A stretch of 50,965 bases of DNA, counting the filler, from Sphacelaria rigidula (taxonomy: Eukaryota), in NCBI GenBank assembly GCA_964200075.2. It is 3 parts of 3 records of this genome, joined end to end, with 100 filler letters (N's around TTAATTAATTAA, not from the genome) between each part and the next. Parts side by side here need not be neighbours in the genome. Positions count along the whole stretch, not along the records: positions 1 to 16,924 come from CAXNAA020001216.1; 2 more parts are not named here. One strand, written 5' to 3'. Below, piece after piece: positions 1 to 13,900 of this stretch (its first letter is position 1; each line of letters opens with the position of its first letter). The position numbers and the translations under genes were made by a program. The notes under the pieces are model-generated. The model had not been told where the DNA came from and made no database searches. It worked only from the letters and a program-made list of their open reading frames with translations.

Positions 1-1956
1 CCGCGCTCGGGTGCCCCCCGGCTGGGGCGGGGGCGTGGGGGGGGGGGGGGGGGGGGGGGTGGGGGGTGTTATCGACGTATTACTCGTTTGCGGGGGAACT
101 ACAACATGCTTTTGAGTGCATGAAATATATCGTCACAACATCGACACCCATACTATATACCCTTGGGATGGCCAGGGGCACCGCCGTTCGTTTGCGACAG
201 GACAAAACGATGGATACCACCGCAGAAACGACTACTTTCCCATCCATGGGGTACCATGCGTCCAACTTTCACGTGTGACATGACCAATCCACGTGAGATA
301 TTTTCCATTATCATAGTCGAACGTGCCACACACCAAATTTCCGACTCTTGATGACATGTTGAAAGTACTGAAACAGTCGACACAAAAGCGGGGTAACATT
401 AGCCCGTAAGTTGATCGAAATCCAAATGAATAGGTCAAGACCCGTGGGTCCACGTGCCGAAACTTGTCTTGGCGTGTGTGAAACCAAACTGCACCCGATT
501 TGGCGGCAAGATTTTCCCTGACTCCACGAATTCAAAAGCGTAGACGAATTTTCCGGGTTACATTTTCCCAAATACCCCGACTTGCCAATCTCGAATGTAA
601 TATGGCCATTTTCCAGTCAAGGGGGGCTATTATTGCAAAAAGGAACCTTGGATTCGGCGTCTTCACGAACTGCTCAGTCGGGGTACATTTTCTTCGTCGA
701 CCAAAGTTAGAATTTGGCACGCAAAACTTTGGCCTCGACGTTTTCCGGATACTTTGTGCTTCAACCCTTCAACAGCCTGCATAGGTCATCTATTGAATTG
801 GCATCAATTTCACTCGAAAAAATAACGCACATCACCCAAACTACCTCCCCTTGCGGCCGAGGAGCTGAGCAGCTTTCATGTTTGTGTGCCGAAAAAAAAA
901 AAAAACCCCCAACATCCCTGCGGGCTCCCCCCTCTTCTCCCCGCCCCAAAAAAACTACANNNNNNNNNNCCTTGGGGCCGGGGGGCGGGGCGGTTTGCAG
1001 GTTGGTGGGCGAAAAAAAAAAAAAAACGTGCCACTTGCAGGCGGCATCACTCGTTTACACAGAGCCGTTGATTATATGAATTTGCGTTGGCATGCAAACA
1101 TGCATACTTCGTACCCCCCAAAATATCTGCTTGATATGCCGCTCACACTTCTACGGAACAAATACCGACTACCAAAAGCCTGTTTAGAGGGCGAGGTTGC
1201 AGGACTCGGGGAACATGAGTAATGTGTTTCCCGCAGTTGTGTGAACTGATGATGACTCTCCGACGGGTACTCGCAGGATTATTTTCTCTTTATGTGGTTG
1301 TGTCGACATCACTCCCCCCTGCCCTGTGAGCTTCTTTGCAGGCCTTTGACGTGAAGGGGTGTGCAGAGGTGGTATTTTCCCGCCTGCGAGCGATGAGGAT
1401 ATTTGTGCACCATTCCTCATCTTGCATGTGCTGCAATGGCCAAGCCAACAATCTCCGGAGAAGGCTTTTTCTGGAAGGTTGTGAACACTGCTTGCTATGA
1501 TAGCCATGCGCCAACTTCGTCTCTTCCGTTTCTCGTCCAACCCTGGGATGAGCACTAATTGCTTGAGTTGGTCGGGATCGGGATTCGAATCCAATAGCTT
1601 CTGCTCACGACGCAACTAGAGCCATCACATGGTGTCACCTATACAAAAAGGTGACGAGTTCTCCATGGACACTAACCCCCTGATGTGGTATGATGGTGTC
1701 CGTAGTAGATCGTGAAAGATTTTGCTGCTCTTTCCGAGTGTCCTTTTAGCGACCGTTTTTGTTCACTGCACCTCCAGGCACGCCTTCCCCATATCCGCCC
1801 AACCTACTCCGGTATCTCCCCACCCCTGCTCGCGACCATGCATGAACATACCGCACATTAGTTATCGCGTCACAATCTATCAATCAACCAACCAACCGAC
1901 CAAGCAACAAGTCATTCAATATGGTCGCCACAACATGAACTCAACAAAAAACTCAC

Positions 1957-4900
1957 CACGGCCGCCTCCCAAGCGCATTCCTCTCGTTGCTCCTTTTCAT
2001 CAACCAGGCCGCCAGAGCCCGACTCCCGTTCGGCATTTCAATCCACGGACCATCTTCCACGGCCGACGACCTGGGCGAAGGCGCCTTCGTGGCTATACCG
2101 TTAGCCTTGGCATCATCAAAAGATGTGGTCATCTTGGGCACCATCGGCGGGAGGCCTACGGGCAGGGGCTCGGGCCGGACAGGAGGTCCAGTGGCCACCT
2201 TGAAATGCAAGTTCCGAACACGTGTTGAGTGAATCTTTTGAGCGCAGGCAAATTGAACACCTGAAGCAAACAGTCATTTTGCAAGCCAAACATAATGTTG
2301 ATGCCTACTTCACGGTTGGAAACATCTGTTCACACGAACGAAGGGTTGAAATCGACCACCGTCCGGGAAGCGGTGATCGTGATGATATGCAGTACACATT
2401 CGGTGCACCAGGCGCACCTTGTGGCCTGCCGAAACAGACATTGAAGGCATACCCCCGTCCTGACCGTCAGCGGCCTCAAACCACTGGTGGCCCAGCAGCT
2501 CTGTCGCCGAGGGAATCGCCAGAGAGGGGTCTGTCCCCAGCATCATGTCTATTGCATCTCTGTTCGTTCAAGTCCAGCAAAATACGTGGGTGAGGGAGAG
2601 GGTGGGGGTGAAAGGCGCTCATTTTTCAGGTTTTCATTAGAGTATGTGTGAGAATCGAAGTATTGTTAAATTCCTTAGAATTTGACACAATACGCAGCAT
2701 GCAGATACACACCATCATGTTCTGCTTTTTCAAAGAAAATGTACGTATTCCCTTCCCCTTTCTCCCCCGGCCACTCTCGATATTTCAACATTTTGGGGTC
2801 GAGAATCAAATCAGTACTCGTGCACCCAGTCCGTCTGCTCTCGCCACATTTCATTGGTTCTCGAAGCCTCAAGATTTCCAAGACGGAGAACAGATTCTGC
2901 TTAAAAAACGTCTAATCGGGATTCGAACTCATCACCTTCCGCCCCCAGCTGGCCGTCTGTGTCACGTTGAGACCGCCGGGCTGCAACACGTACATTCATG
3001 TGGATTTTCGTCATTCTCTGCGTCATTCGACGCAACAATCAGTGTGTAAAACTGTGGTTTCCAAGAGGGGGAAAGCCCTCCTGTTTTTGCTGTGATACGT
3101 GAGTCACGAACACATCGAAACAAAACAAAATGGAACCAAAAGGCTAACAAAGAAAATGAGTGGCGGCAGGCTATCATACAATGACGCATATCCACAGGCA
3201 CAGAAAATCTTGTTCAGACGCACAACATAAAACGATTGGAGCCAACAGGGCGAGCTCTATACTTCTGACGCGGGACTGTCAGGTAGGTAAGAGCCACGGG
3301 CTATCACCACCGACTGCTTCCTCCGTCGCCCGGCCAGTACGAGGGAACACATGAAACGACGCGCTCAGAGGCGACGACGTGAAAAATCTTTGTGTGTGAA
3401 TGATTCATGATATGCTGGTATGTTTTCAGCTGATATCCTCCACCCGCCACCCCAAAAAATGGCGTCCGGGCTGCTCTGATCCCTGGCTCAAGTCCGAATA
3501 ACCATGAGCCTGGGCATACGCGTAGCAACGGCCCGCTCAACCCTGGCCCCTCTACTCCCAGATGGGCGTTTTCTTGTCAGCAGCTACAAGAGCAGGTTTC
3601 ATCTATCTCCACTCCCTTTCAGCGAGTGTTTTTATCTTGTTTCATCTCCGGTATGTATTTCATTGACCACGGCTGGATCCCTGGGGGATCAATTAATTTG
3701 CGGCAGTCAATCAATCCCTCAATATATTTCCCGATCTCATGGACAATAGCGTCCATCGATATCCGAGTACAGTGCCGCATTCTGAAGGGGTCGGACAACG
3801 GTTATCAACGAGGAAAATACGGCATCAGACATTCGGGTACCGTCTGAGATCGCATGACACAAATTATACGAGTCGGTAGTTGTTTCGCTTGAAAAAAAGA
3901 GGGGAATAGCGCGTAAAAGACAACACATAGTCCACACACACACACATACATACACACGCACACGCACACGCAGCATTTCCTCCAGTGTACCATGAAATAG
4001 ATCATTTGGTTGTGTCATTCCACGGGAAGAAGTGACAGCTCCGGCAAATCCGTGATGCTTCACATGGATCCTCGGCATGATTTCGTCCGATATCCAACTT
4101 CGTGGAAAATGACGTGACATCGTATATCGTCTTCTTCTGTTTTTTGTCGTGCGGATTTCTCTTCTCGAAAGATCCTTGGTTATCAGAGGCAAAAAATCCG
4201 GCGTGCTCTCCACGCTCAACACCCTGGGAGAAAGTACTGTTCTGACCGTCCTCTGTTTTGTCCAAATTTCGATAAATATATTCAGTATCTTCGTTATTTT
4301 TCTTCAAATTGTATCGAGGTCGTGTTTATTCTGATGATATTCAACTCTTGCCTGCCGAGAGCAGACAGATCCGGCAACCCTGTGCTCTCCGCCGTAGCAC
4401 GGAAGCTCTCCAACGGCTCGCCCGCGGCGGCTCCAGAATCACCCATGAAGGAGGCGAACGCCGTAAGGCCTAGCGACACGATGTCAGCATCCCTGCAACC
4501 GTAACCAAAACACGACGAAATGGCCAGCGTGATGAGGTCAACTTGCATAAGCCAGCCAAATTGCCAAACACGGCACGTTCTTATACAGAAGTATTCCAAC
4601 TGGAGATGAAATACAGCAGTCCACGTAACTCTGTTGTTAAAGCTAGATTAGCGCCCCTTCAACTCCACCCAGTATGGCCTGCATCGTCATGAAAAAGTGC
4701 CGGATTTTTTTTTTTGGGGGGGGGGCATGAAGGAGCATGGAAATAGTTCCAACGACCTGCAATATTTCCAGTTTCTTCAAGAACCTATCCAACAATCCAA
4801 CACACACTACGCCCCGCCCCTGAAATCAGGAGTACGAACGGCGCTCCGTCTCGAAAGGGGTGCGCGTGGTCAACCATCAAAATACCGATGCAAACAACAA

Positions 4901-7900
4901 ATGGGTACGCCCCCATCCCCCAACCTCTGTAAGTAATTTCACCTGAAATCCTTGTCGGTAGTGGTTCCACCCGTTCCCTGCCAGTCGTCCATCGAGCGGG
5001 TTACTTTCTCCAGGTAGCATAGCTTTGCCGTCCCCGCTGCCTCCTCTGTGTTGCTCGGAGAAGAGAACAAGATTCTTCCCGGTGTGACGTGGCCGTGGAA
5101 AAGTCCCTGAGAGTGCAGCGCCTCCAGGGCCATAAGCACCCTGGGTATTCGGCAGGGAGCAGGGATCGTAGAGTACAGACATGCAGCACGAGCACCACTA
5201 CGATTAGTGCGCGTCGACTATACTAAACACCACCTAAACTTCGCCCGCACTTGTCGAGGGGCGGGTTCGAACAAAACTCTGAAATTGTGCGGAGAAATTT
5301 CGAACCGAAGAAAACAAGAGCGGTACAGCATACACGTTTTGGTTTCACGAATTGGATACAAAGAACGTATCTGGTGGATCATCTTTGAGAGGATTGAAAA
5401 TTAATCCTTACACGGCGATGTGGGTAGTCCATCTAGATCGCAATCATTTTTTTCAAGTGAAATTGATATCGATTCAGCAGGTGACCTACCCTTGCGGTCA
5501 AAGGGTTGACCATGAAAAAATGTATCGAGGAAAGGACTACATCAACCATTCCAAGAACTCTCGAACCGTAGTTCAACCCTCTGACCTCGAGCATAGGTCA
5601 TCTGTTGAATCGGCCATCAATTTCACTTGAAAATGAATGCATGACCAGATCGACAACAGTCGGGGTCACAGGGTTTATCTTACTCCTCGTCTACTCAAGC
5701 AATAAGCGAAATTGAGGCGGGGAGGATGTTTTCTGTCTATTGGTCTTTTGTGGAATCGAGAATCGCGACCGGAAACATTGAGGGCCCGTCTAAAACCCAA
5801 GGCGGTGAGAGAGTTGGTCGTGTCTTAAATCGGTATCAATTTTACTCCAAAAAAGTATGCATGGTCCAGATGGACTACCCTCGCGGTCCGAGGGTTAACG
5901 GGAGAATAATTATGAAGGCAAAGCTTTGATCTTGTTCATGGTTGTGACTGTACACGTTTTTTCATCATTCTGATTAGGTTAAGGCTGATGCCACTTGCTC
6001 AACGCCCTTTCAAACAACGCTGAAAAAAAACAATCATTTGGTGATAACCCCTTATACCGCGAGGGTAGTCCATCTCGATCATCCATGTTTTCTTCAAGTG
6101 AAAATGTTGCCGACTCAACAGGTGACCTACTCTTGCTGTATAAGGGTTAATTTTTCGAATACGGAAACGCGACGTAGATGACGTGTGCATGGGTTGTTCG
6201 GCTCATCATGGAGCCTGAACCACACACCAGAAGTTTACCAGTATTTTCTTTGTGTGACGCGCTGGGCTGTTCGCGTGTTTTCACGACGTCACGTCTTCAT
6301 ATCGAGACGAATTTGTACCTCCGATAAGAATGACGGGTGATTTCAGTTGTTCATGAGGTTTTGAACCGTCACAACCATGATCAACGGACATTTTTTCAAT
6401 CAAAATTCGTCTCTCGGTAAGAAACGGTCTGAGGGCGTGTCTTCGCAGATTCGTTTTCGGTCGAAAATGTGCGATGGAAAACAAAAACTCCGGTGTGATA
6501 GGTCGTAATTTTAACCATATTCAAAATTACCGATGGTTGAAATCACGACCTATCAGATCGGGATTTTTGTTTCCTACCGCACCTTTTCGATCGAAAAATG
6601 ATGCGCTAAGGGCCTGTCTTAGCACATGAGTTTTCGATCGAAAAAGTGCGGTGGAAAACAAAATTATGATCTGATAAATCATGATTTCAACCATCTTCAA
6701 AATAAACGACGATGGTTGGAATTACGGATTATCAGATCAAGATTTTTTTTTCCACCGCATTTTCTTTTATCGAAAACCAATTGCTGAGACAGGGCCCGAA
6801 ATAGCAACTTTCATGGCAACGAATCTCGATTTTTTTGAGACCCTGATTTGGAGAACTCAAATTCCCGAACTCAAAATCGGGGGGACCGTTTTATTGTACA
6901 GAGAGTAGAGTACCACAGATTTGTGAAACAGTTCTGTACAGTCATTTCTTGCATGAGTGTGGTACTGGGTCCTCGTGCATGACGCTGAAGAGCAGGCAGG
7001 CGGTAGACAATCCTTCGAGTACAGTGTCGTCCTTGGTACCCTAGGGTACTAGAGTGCAGGACACTCCATCACTACAGTACACGATGCCGTGTGGTAATAC
7101 ATGATGGCACATCGGTATTGCAAGAACAGAGAACATGCACGAGCAGTGCGGTATATCACCCCTCAAGTACAGCGGCAACAGCTAGGAGAGAACAGTAGCG
7201 TTCGTTAGAGTGATACATACGGCAGCGCAGCGCAGCATGAAATATTACCATCGCCGCAGGGTACAGCGTCAGCACTTATTATCCGCTTGTCAAACCCCGT
7301 GCGAAGTTGCTTCAGCGCCTGGCGCGGGCAGTAGGCACGCCCTGCGCTGTCACGAGACTATCTTCTGCTACCGTTGCAAAAATATCGTACGGGGAGTCGC
7401 AATCTCGGAACGATTTCCCCAGATTAAAAAACCCCCGAGGGAAATCGTTGCGAGATCGTGACTCCCTGATTCTTTCGCCTCCGATTTGGTCCATATCGGT
7501 GTCCATGAAATGCGTTCCCCGACTTCTTCCCCTCGATGCTCTAGAAAATCGAGATTGGTGACTGCCATAGAAGTTGGTCTAAGACACGACCTGAGAGGAA
7601 ACCTTCTACTACTCTAAGATTTTTCTCCCTGTTGTTAGCACTTTCTCCCCTTTCTCATTCGATCAAGTTTCCGGAACAAACATCCACCTTCATAGTCTGA
7701 AACAAGACAAAAAAACAGGGAGAAAAATCTTAGATAGGGTCTTACAACATGAAAAGTGATAAACAATAAACATTTAATGTTGAATGCAGATCAGAGGTCT
7801 ACCAAAGACTTTTTATTGCCGTGTATAATACTTCCTCCAGCACAGAAGGAAAGTCGGTTATGCTTATACGGGCCCTTGACTGTGTCCGATGACGTTAGCG

Positions 7901-10900
7901 ACGATATTTTCTTAATTTTTGTCATTTTTTTGGTTGAATCCTGTTCTTCCCTTCTTTTCTTGCGCAGCCTCCAGCATGGATCAGCGGCTAAAACGAAGGC
8001 AGTTGACCCAGAAATGGACGTTTTCCCCCCGTTTTCCGGAAAAAGTGGAGAAAAGCTGAAACTCGGAAAAACGGCGGAAAAAGCAAGACTATGCACAAAA
8101 ATGGTTTTTGTTTGCGCTCCATGATTGATAGACGATACCTGCGCCTCGTCTGAAAGCGTGTGGTCATGTTTTGGAGTACATACACCATACACACAGGCAC
8201 AAATCGTCCAAATTCAGCCGCAAACGGTGCAAATTGGACGGAATCGGCCTAAATTTGATCAAATTTAACCCACGATTTCTTTACAATACCAGCTCGTTTT
8301 TTTTTTCGTGAGCATTTCCGTCACTGTATCTTCTCAAATAATCTAACTACATCATCTTACACGCTTCCGTTCAAAAGTTATGATCCGTGCCCCATAACCG
8401 ACTTTACTTATGTGTTGGAGGAAGTGTATGTATTCGCCATGTTCCAGCGATGCTGAGATACCGTTATTTTCTGCATGCCATCCTGAATGTCTAAATCAAG
8501 ACGATGAGACGATCTCTACCCTTGACAGCGGGTCTGAGCCGGCACGATGGACCGCGGGGCTGCGCAGGCACTAATGGGCACTGCAGATAGTGAACAGAAA
8601 TGGGCTTTACCGTGAACACGTGAAGCAAGATGGCCGCAAACCTTGAAGACATCATCGATGGTGAAAACTATATTATTCAATCGTTCGACACAGAGTTCGC
8701 GTAAAAACAAATGAATAGTTCAGGCGCCCCGTACTATATTTCAGCAAATCGCGGAATAGGGAGTGGAGCATGACTTGCGTCTGCCTGACTTGGGCTGGCT
8801 GTCTAGTGACCGGCCGACAACTGGTGCGTTCACAATACCGTATGCAAAGCCAAGCATACAAGCGCTCAACGACCCGAGGCATGGCACCATCCGGAGCGGG
8901 CCCCAGCTCTAACCCACAGCACATCTCCAGCAGTATTTGCATTGATATACACGCACACGGCACGCCGTGTTTCCACCACCTTAGTCATTGCAAAATGGCC
9001 AAAACACGCAGAATGGTAGTCGCATGGAATGACAAGAAAAGCCCGACGCGCCGTTCCACATAAACTTGCACCTTGCAACGAAACTTGATGTAAGGAGTTG
9101 TGGGAAGCACTTTCTCGACTCCGTGCGCACGACGGTGAATCTATGGTATACTTGAGGGGGGTTTGGTGCTCGAGGGGCCGACCTTTCGACCGCTACGGTA
9201 GATCATCTGGATATTGCACGCATTTTCAAAGTGAAAATGATGCCGACTCAAGCGACGAGTCACCCTGGAGCCCAAGGGGTTATCCTTCTCACTACGGAGA
9301 GCTTGAGACCGTCATCCCAAGAGAGGCATTTTGCGAAACTCAGCACACGAAAGTAATACTTGCCTATTCAATGTACGTGGACTCAACTGGAGTGATTCGC
9401 TGCTAGAGAGGTGGGGGGTCGCCTGTGGCTGGGAACGCCGTAGCGGCCGACGCTACTCCAAAAACAACCATCCACAGCATCTGTACAGTAAACACAAAAC
9501 TGCAGCCGAAGACATTTTTCCCTCGGGAATCATCCCGCAATTGAGCAACAGGAGCCGGTTGTGAGCCGATATCATCTCTGCCCAAGTTGAGTCATGCCAA
9601 TCATGACCGGGGCTACCCCACTAGGCAAAACAGCCACAGGCTTCAAGGTTGGGCATCCCTTGACGTGATCCCCTTGTGGCCCAAGGTTATCAGTTTGCGT
9701 GAGGTCCGGGTTGCCTGATTTGGTCTCTTTCTGCATTCCATTAGCGGGAGTCCCCACGTATATGGATATTAGCATGTACGGCGCACCAGCGGTAAACGGT
9801 TGCGCTATAACTTTTTCTTGTAAGGCCATGTAAACCCCCCGATATGTTCACATATGGTCATCGACCGTCGGGCGTATTTCGGTAGCATTCTTGGTGCCCC
9901 CCGTCCATATCCATGTCCATCTGTTATGGTGCACCGACTGCTAACGCGCAGTGCTCACACTGACAAAGCGGTATGGGCTTCGCCTAGGACGGTGATACTT
10001 GCGCCGTAGGCGCGGTGTGGGTGACTTGTGTGTTTGCTGCTGTGCGGCAGCCTTATATGTTGAAGGTGCCTTACATGCGGTCGTCATTAGGCCATGTCTT
10101 ACCGGCGGCGATAATCTTCCACCTCCGCCCCCCGCCCCCCCCTAATGAAGTTCATTCTCGAATGTGATTCCTGGTTTCGGGATGTTACTGCATCTCTGAC
10201 GAATCCCTCTGAATTTCGCCAAAATCAGTTGGGCTGTTCACGCAGTGACGCTTGTTTTACTGTACTGCTGACACCTCCATTCACACGCACCCCTTCACAC
10301 AGCGTGAGAGAAAAATATGTACTTTTTAGCATATACCTCTCATCGAGTAGATAGCGGCCGAACTCGTGTGGAACACTTTCAATCTGGGGCGAGGCCATGG
10401 GGGAAGAGGACAAAGGGGGCACTAAGCGCAAGATTGGAGGGGCGGGGGGGGGGAAATGAACTGCTCCATTTCCACCTGTCACGATGAACGCCTGGTGGCC
10501 GGGCTCCGATAACGGCCTCCCTTTCTTGCGGGACAAGTTGTAACGTTTTGACATGTCCTGGTATGCAGAACATCAAAATTTCAGCCATTCTGCCACGTTC
10601 CTCTCCGGTACTTGATTCATCGTGCTGAATGATTCTTTGGCAGTTTGTGCTGCATGTCGGATCACTGGGCATCTCTAGGAGGAACGGGGGGCAGAAATCT
10701 CACAGGAATTCATACGAGACGGCGGGTGGGCTTTCACGTACCGTCCTGTTGTTTCTTCCGAGACGGGTTTGTTCCAGATCGGCGCCATTATACTGATGTG
10801 TTTTTGTTTCAATGCCGGTGACCCCGATCCAAGCTATACCGGGAACTCTCGGGCAAAAGGGGTTGCAATGGGTGCCTCAAGCACAGAGTGCGCGTTGGCA

Positions 10901-13900
10901 CGCCTCACATAGGCGCCTGTGGCAGTGATTCGGACAAAAACGTCTCCTGCGAGCGCCGGGGAGGACTTGGGACCGTCAGCCCAACTATTATAGAGATACC
11001 ATGCTCAACTCAATACAAACTCTACTGTTTTTGGCAGCGAACTTCACGTCCCGTCCGACAAGTTCCCAACTTTCCCGCCTCGTGCTGTTGTTTGGGACAA
11101 CATAAAACATCCCTGTCCTATCCCGCCCAACCATAACAAACCCTAAACCCTGTATACTTATACTCCCCTAAAGAAGGGATAAAGGGTACTCTATACAACA
11201 AGTATTGAAGGACTCATGATCGTTTCACAACGGTAGAACTCGCATGTTGAAGGCGCACGCAAGTGGCACATCATCTGCAACTGCACTCACCCTTCGATGT
11301 GTACGCGTCCCCTGTTCGATCATGATGTTGCCCACAGACAGACGCGAAGCACGGGGACAGATGGACCTTCCCTAGATATATTCGAATCTTCAGTCGAAAC
11401 ATGCACACGCTGTACAGCTATTACCGTTGCGCACCATGCACGATTGAAGAGTGCAGCAGCCCTATGATTTTCTCATCTCGACACATGTTGTGGTAGATTA
11501 TTTCCCACCACCGTTCATTGATGTTGGCCAACTTGACCGTCACGGCGGAACAATGTTTCCAAGGCATTTCGGCCATTTGCAGCTAACCGTGGACGTTTTC
11601 TTGGTGCAAGCGGGGTGGGGACGGAGTGGGGTGTCGGGACCACGCGGCGACAACACGTGCGGGTGAACGCGCACACGTCGTGGCTCGGGTAGAGAGCTAG
11701 CCGAAACCATACCATAATGTGCCACTGCTATTAGAACAGATAATGTATGCGTGCACTTGCAAATCGCCCCGGGACTCGAAGCAGTCGGTCAGTCGCATCT
11801 CTCGATTACTTCGACTTCAAAGATCAAGTGAGAGGATCAAAGGTAACACTTGGAGGTGTAGATGGCTATATTCTTCTAGACTCGTGGGCCGTGCACGACC
11901 GCATCAGGATAAGGTTGGCAATACGCGACCACAATGGCACATGAACTTTCGGACGTCTTCGTTTGTGGACGTGTACCGATCAACACGTGGCCTGACGTGA
12001 ACCGCACACTGTGATCCAACGGCTTTGGACTATAATACGAGAGCGATGTCACATACACACCACATGATCAGACGTACTGCACAGCATACAGAGGTTGAAG
12101 CCGTGGAGGTAAGTGAGAACCGCGGAGGAACAAACAAGTGAATTTTTCACGTACGTACAACTTACCGTACGGTTTTCAGTATCATCATGAACTCGCGTGG
12201 GTATCAGCGTTTCAAAATTCTTCAAGGTGCAGTTCAGGTGTTTCTCACACTTTTGTTATCGATTCAAGGTACAGATGCACCGGACTCGCACCTCTACGAA
12301 TATGAAACCGCATGGCGAGAACAAAAATCAGGGCTAACTGCGGAGAAACGCGTGTGACGTACTCACTCGTTACGGCTGACTCTGACATCACACGGGTACA
12401 TGGAGATAACTTTGACCGATATCACGCACATGAAATCCACGACAGCTCGGCGAAATACTGCTGCTAGTTGCTGTTGCCGCACCCTGAGAACCAACGTGAG
12501 ATGCTCCATTGTGTATGCTGATATGGGAAGCTTATTTCGTTCGTCACGTACCGATCACTATGCTGGGCTATAACCATAGTGCGTAGTTGTCTGGCTGCTG
12601 TTGTGTATTCTCTTGTGATGTACTTTGAAAAGAATCTCTGGCCAAAACTCCACATAGAAAAACACACGAGGTCAGTCGACAGATGAATGTTCTCAGGTCT
12701 ATTTGAATATTGATGGTATTTTCAGATATCAAGACCGCAAGCACAGCCCATCATGAGCTGTCACAGGGTGCAGGCTGCGCAGTGCATGCTGAACGAGCAC
12801 GAACATATCGCACGTAAGAAGACAGAATCCTTCAAACACAAGAAGCGCTGCTGTCAAGGCGATCGGCGATCCGAGTCTGTGTCGTTGACAGGTTGTCTTC
12901 GTACCACCGACAGGTTGGCCGTGGTAAAACCGGAGACGCCAAAACCGGCAACCTAGGCACGCCGGAGCCAAGGGAAGGCATGGTTGATATGTGGAAGGCC
13001 GGTAAACTCCGAAAAAAAAATACGTGGGAAGATCACTCGAGCAAGCAACGTACAAAAGTACTAGTGACTGCACTGTCCTCTCGAAGCCCACTGCCTTTCG
13101 TCTGCTTTCACGAATACTATAATTACTACAGAAAGGTACGCTCAACAGAACGGAACTAACCCTGAGTGGACCAACCCCACTGCGGGTACGCGTACCACCG
13201 GCGTTCCGCTACCCCCGCTTGACCGCGGACCTTCGAATGTGCGCCACTTGCCACACGTCATCACCCTCGTAGAAAGTACGACTTCATCTGCACAATACCA
13301 GGGTGTACGGACGATAGTGATCACCGTTCGTACTTTTGCCGCACTACGATGCAATGAGCTGATCGTCTAGCTTCATGTACGTGCTCACCGGTGAACCATA
13401 GTCTTCACTTCCCCCTCTGTGAACTGTCGCCCGGTACCCAGGAGGTCCGTCAAGCTTCCCCCAGGCATGTGCTCATATATTAGATAGCAGAATCGATCCT
13501 AAGAGGTGTTGCAGTACCGGGTCGAGAGGGGAGTAGTAGCAAAAAAATCACTAGTTTAATTCAACATTGATGGACAACCGTGCCGTCCGCACACCCCCCA
13601 GAACCAGAGCAGGACGTGGGACATCAAAGGCCGCGCAAACGTCCACTGATAAACTGTACGGAGCCAAAAAAAGGCAGAATAGTTAATCCGCCTGTTTGGA
13701 GAGGTCGTTCATACAACGGTCGCAGGTGCTGCTGGTCGACGTGTTACCGCAGAGTGACTACCCTCCGTTTCATGTTGACCCTTCGTGGTGCACCTGGGTC
13801 AAAGACTGAGACGTGCCGAGGATATCATATTTGCTTGATTGCAGCACATGGCACAAAAGCAATTGTGCCACAATTATCGAAGGACTCGAGACCGTAGATA

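Noticed and set aside
1-1030. Poly-G start and A/C/G homopolymer runs around the 10-N gap at 960-969 as G-quadruplex or regulatory elements
   Set aside because: They lie at contig ends and look like low-quality sequence.
1184-1615. 143-aa minus-strand ORF as the continuation of the pseudokinase/PH gene
   Set aside because: It has no PH-like sequence, and I found no acceptor giving the required phase in this frame.
11138-11151. AAACCCTAAACCCT telomere-like or telo-box motif
   Set aside because: Only about two units, intronic, and expected by chance.
12552-12637. Alternative kinase hinge exon (RFFSKYITREYTTAARQLRTMVIAQHSDR) with the same 0/2 phases
   Set aside because: Exon 13498-13389 matches kinase subdomain V far better. 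The resemblance here is probably chance, and mutually exclusive splicing is unsupported without RNA data.
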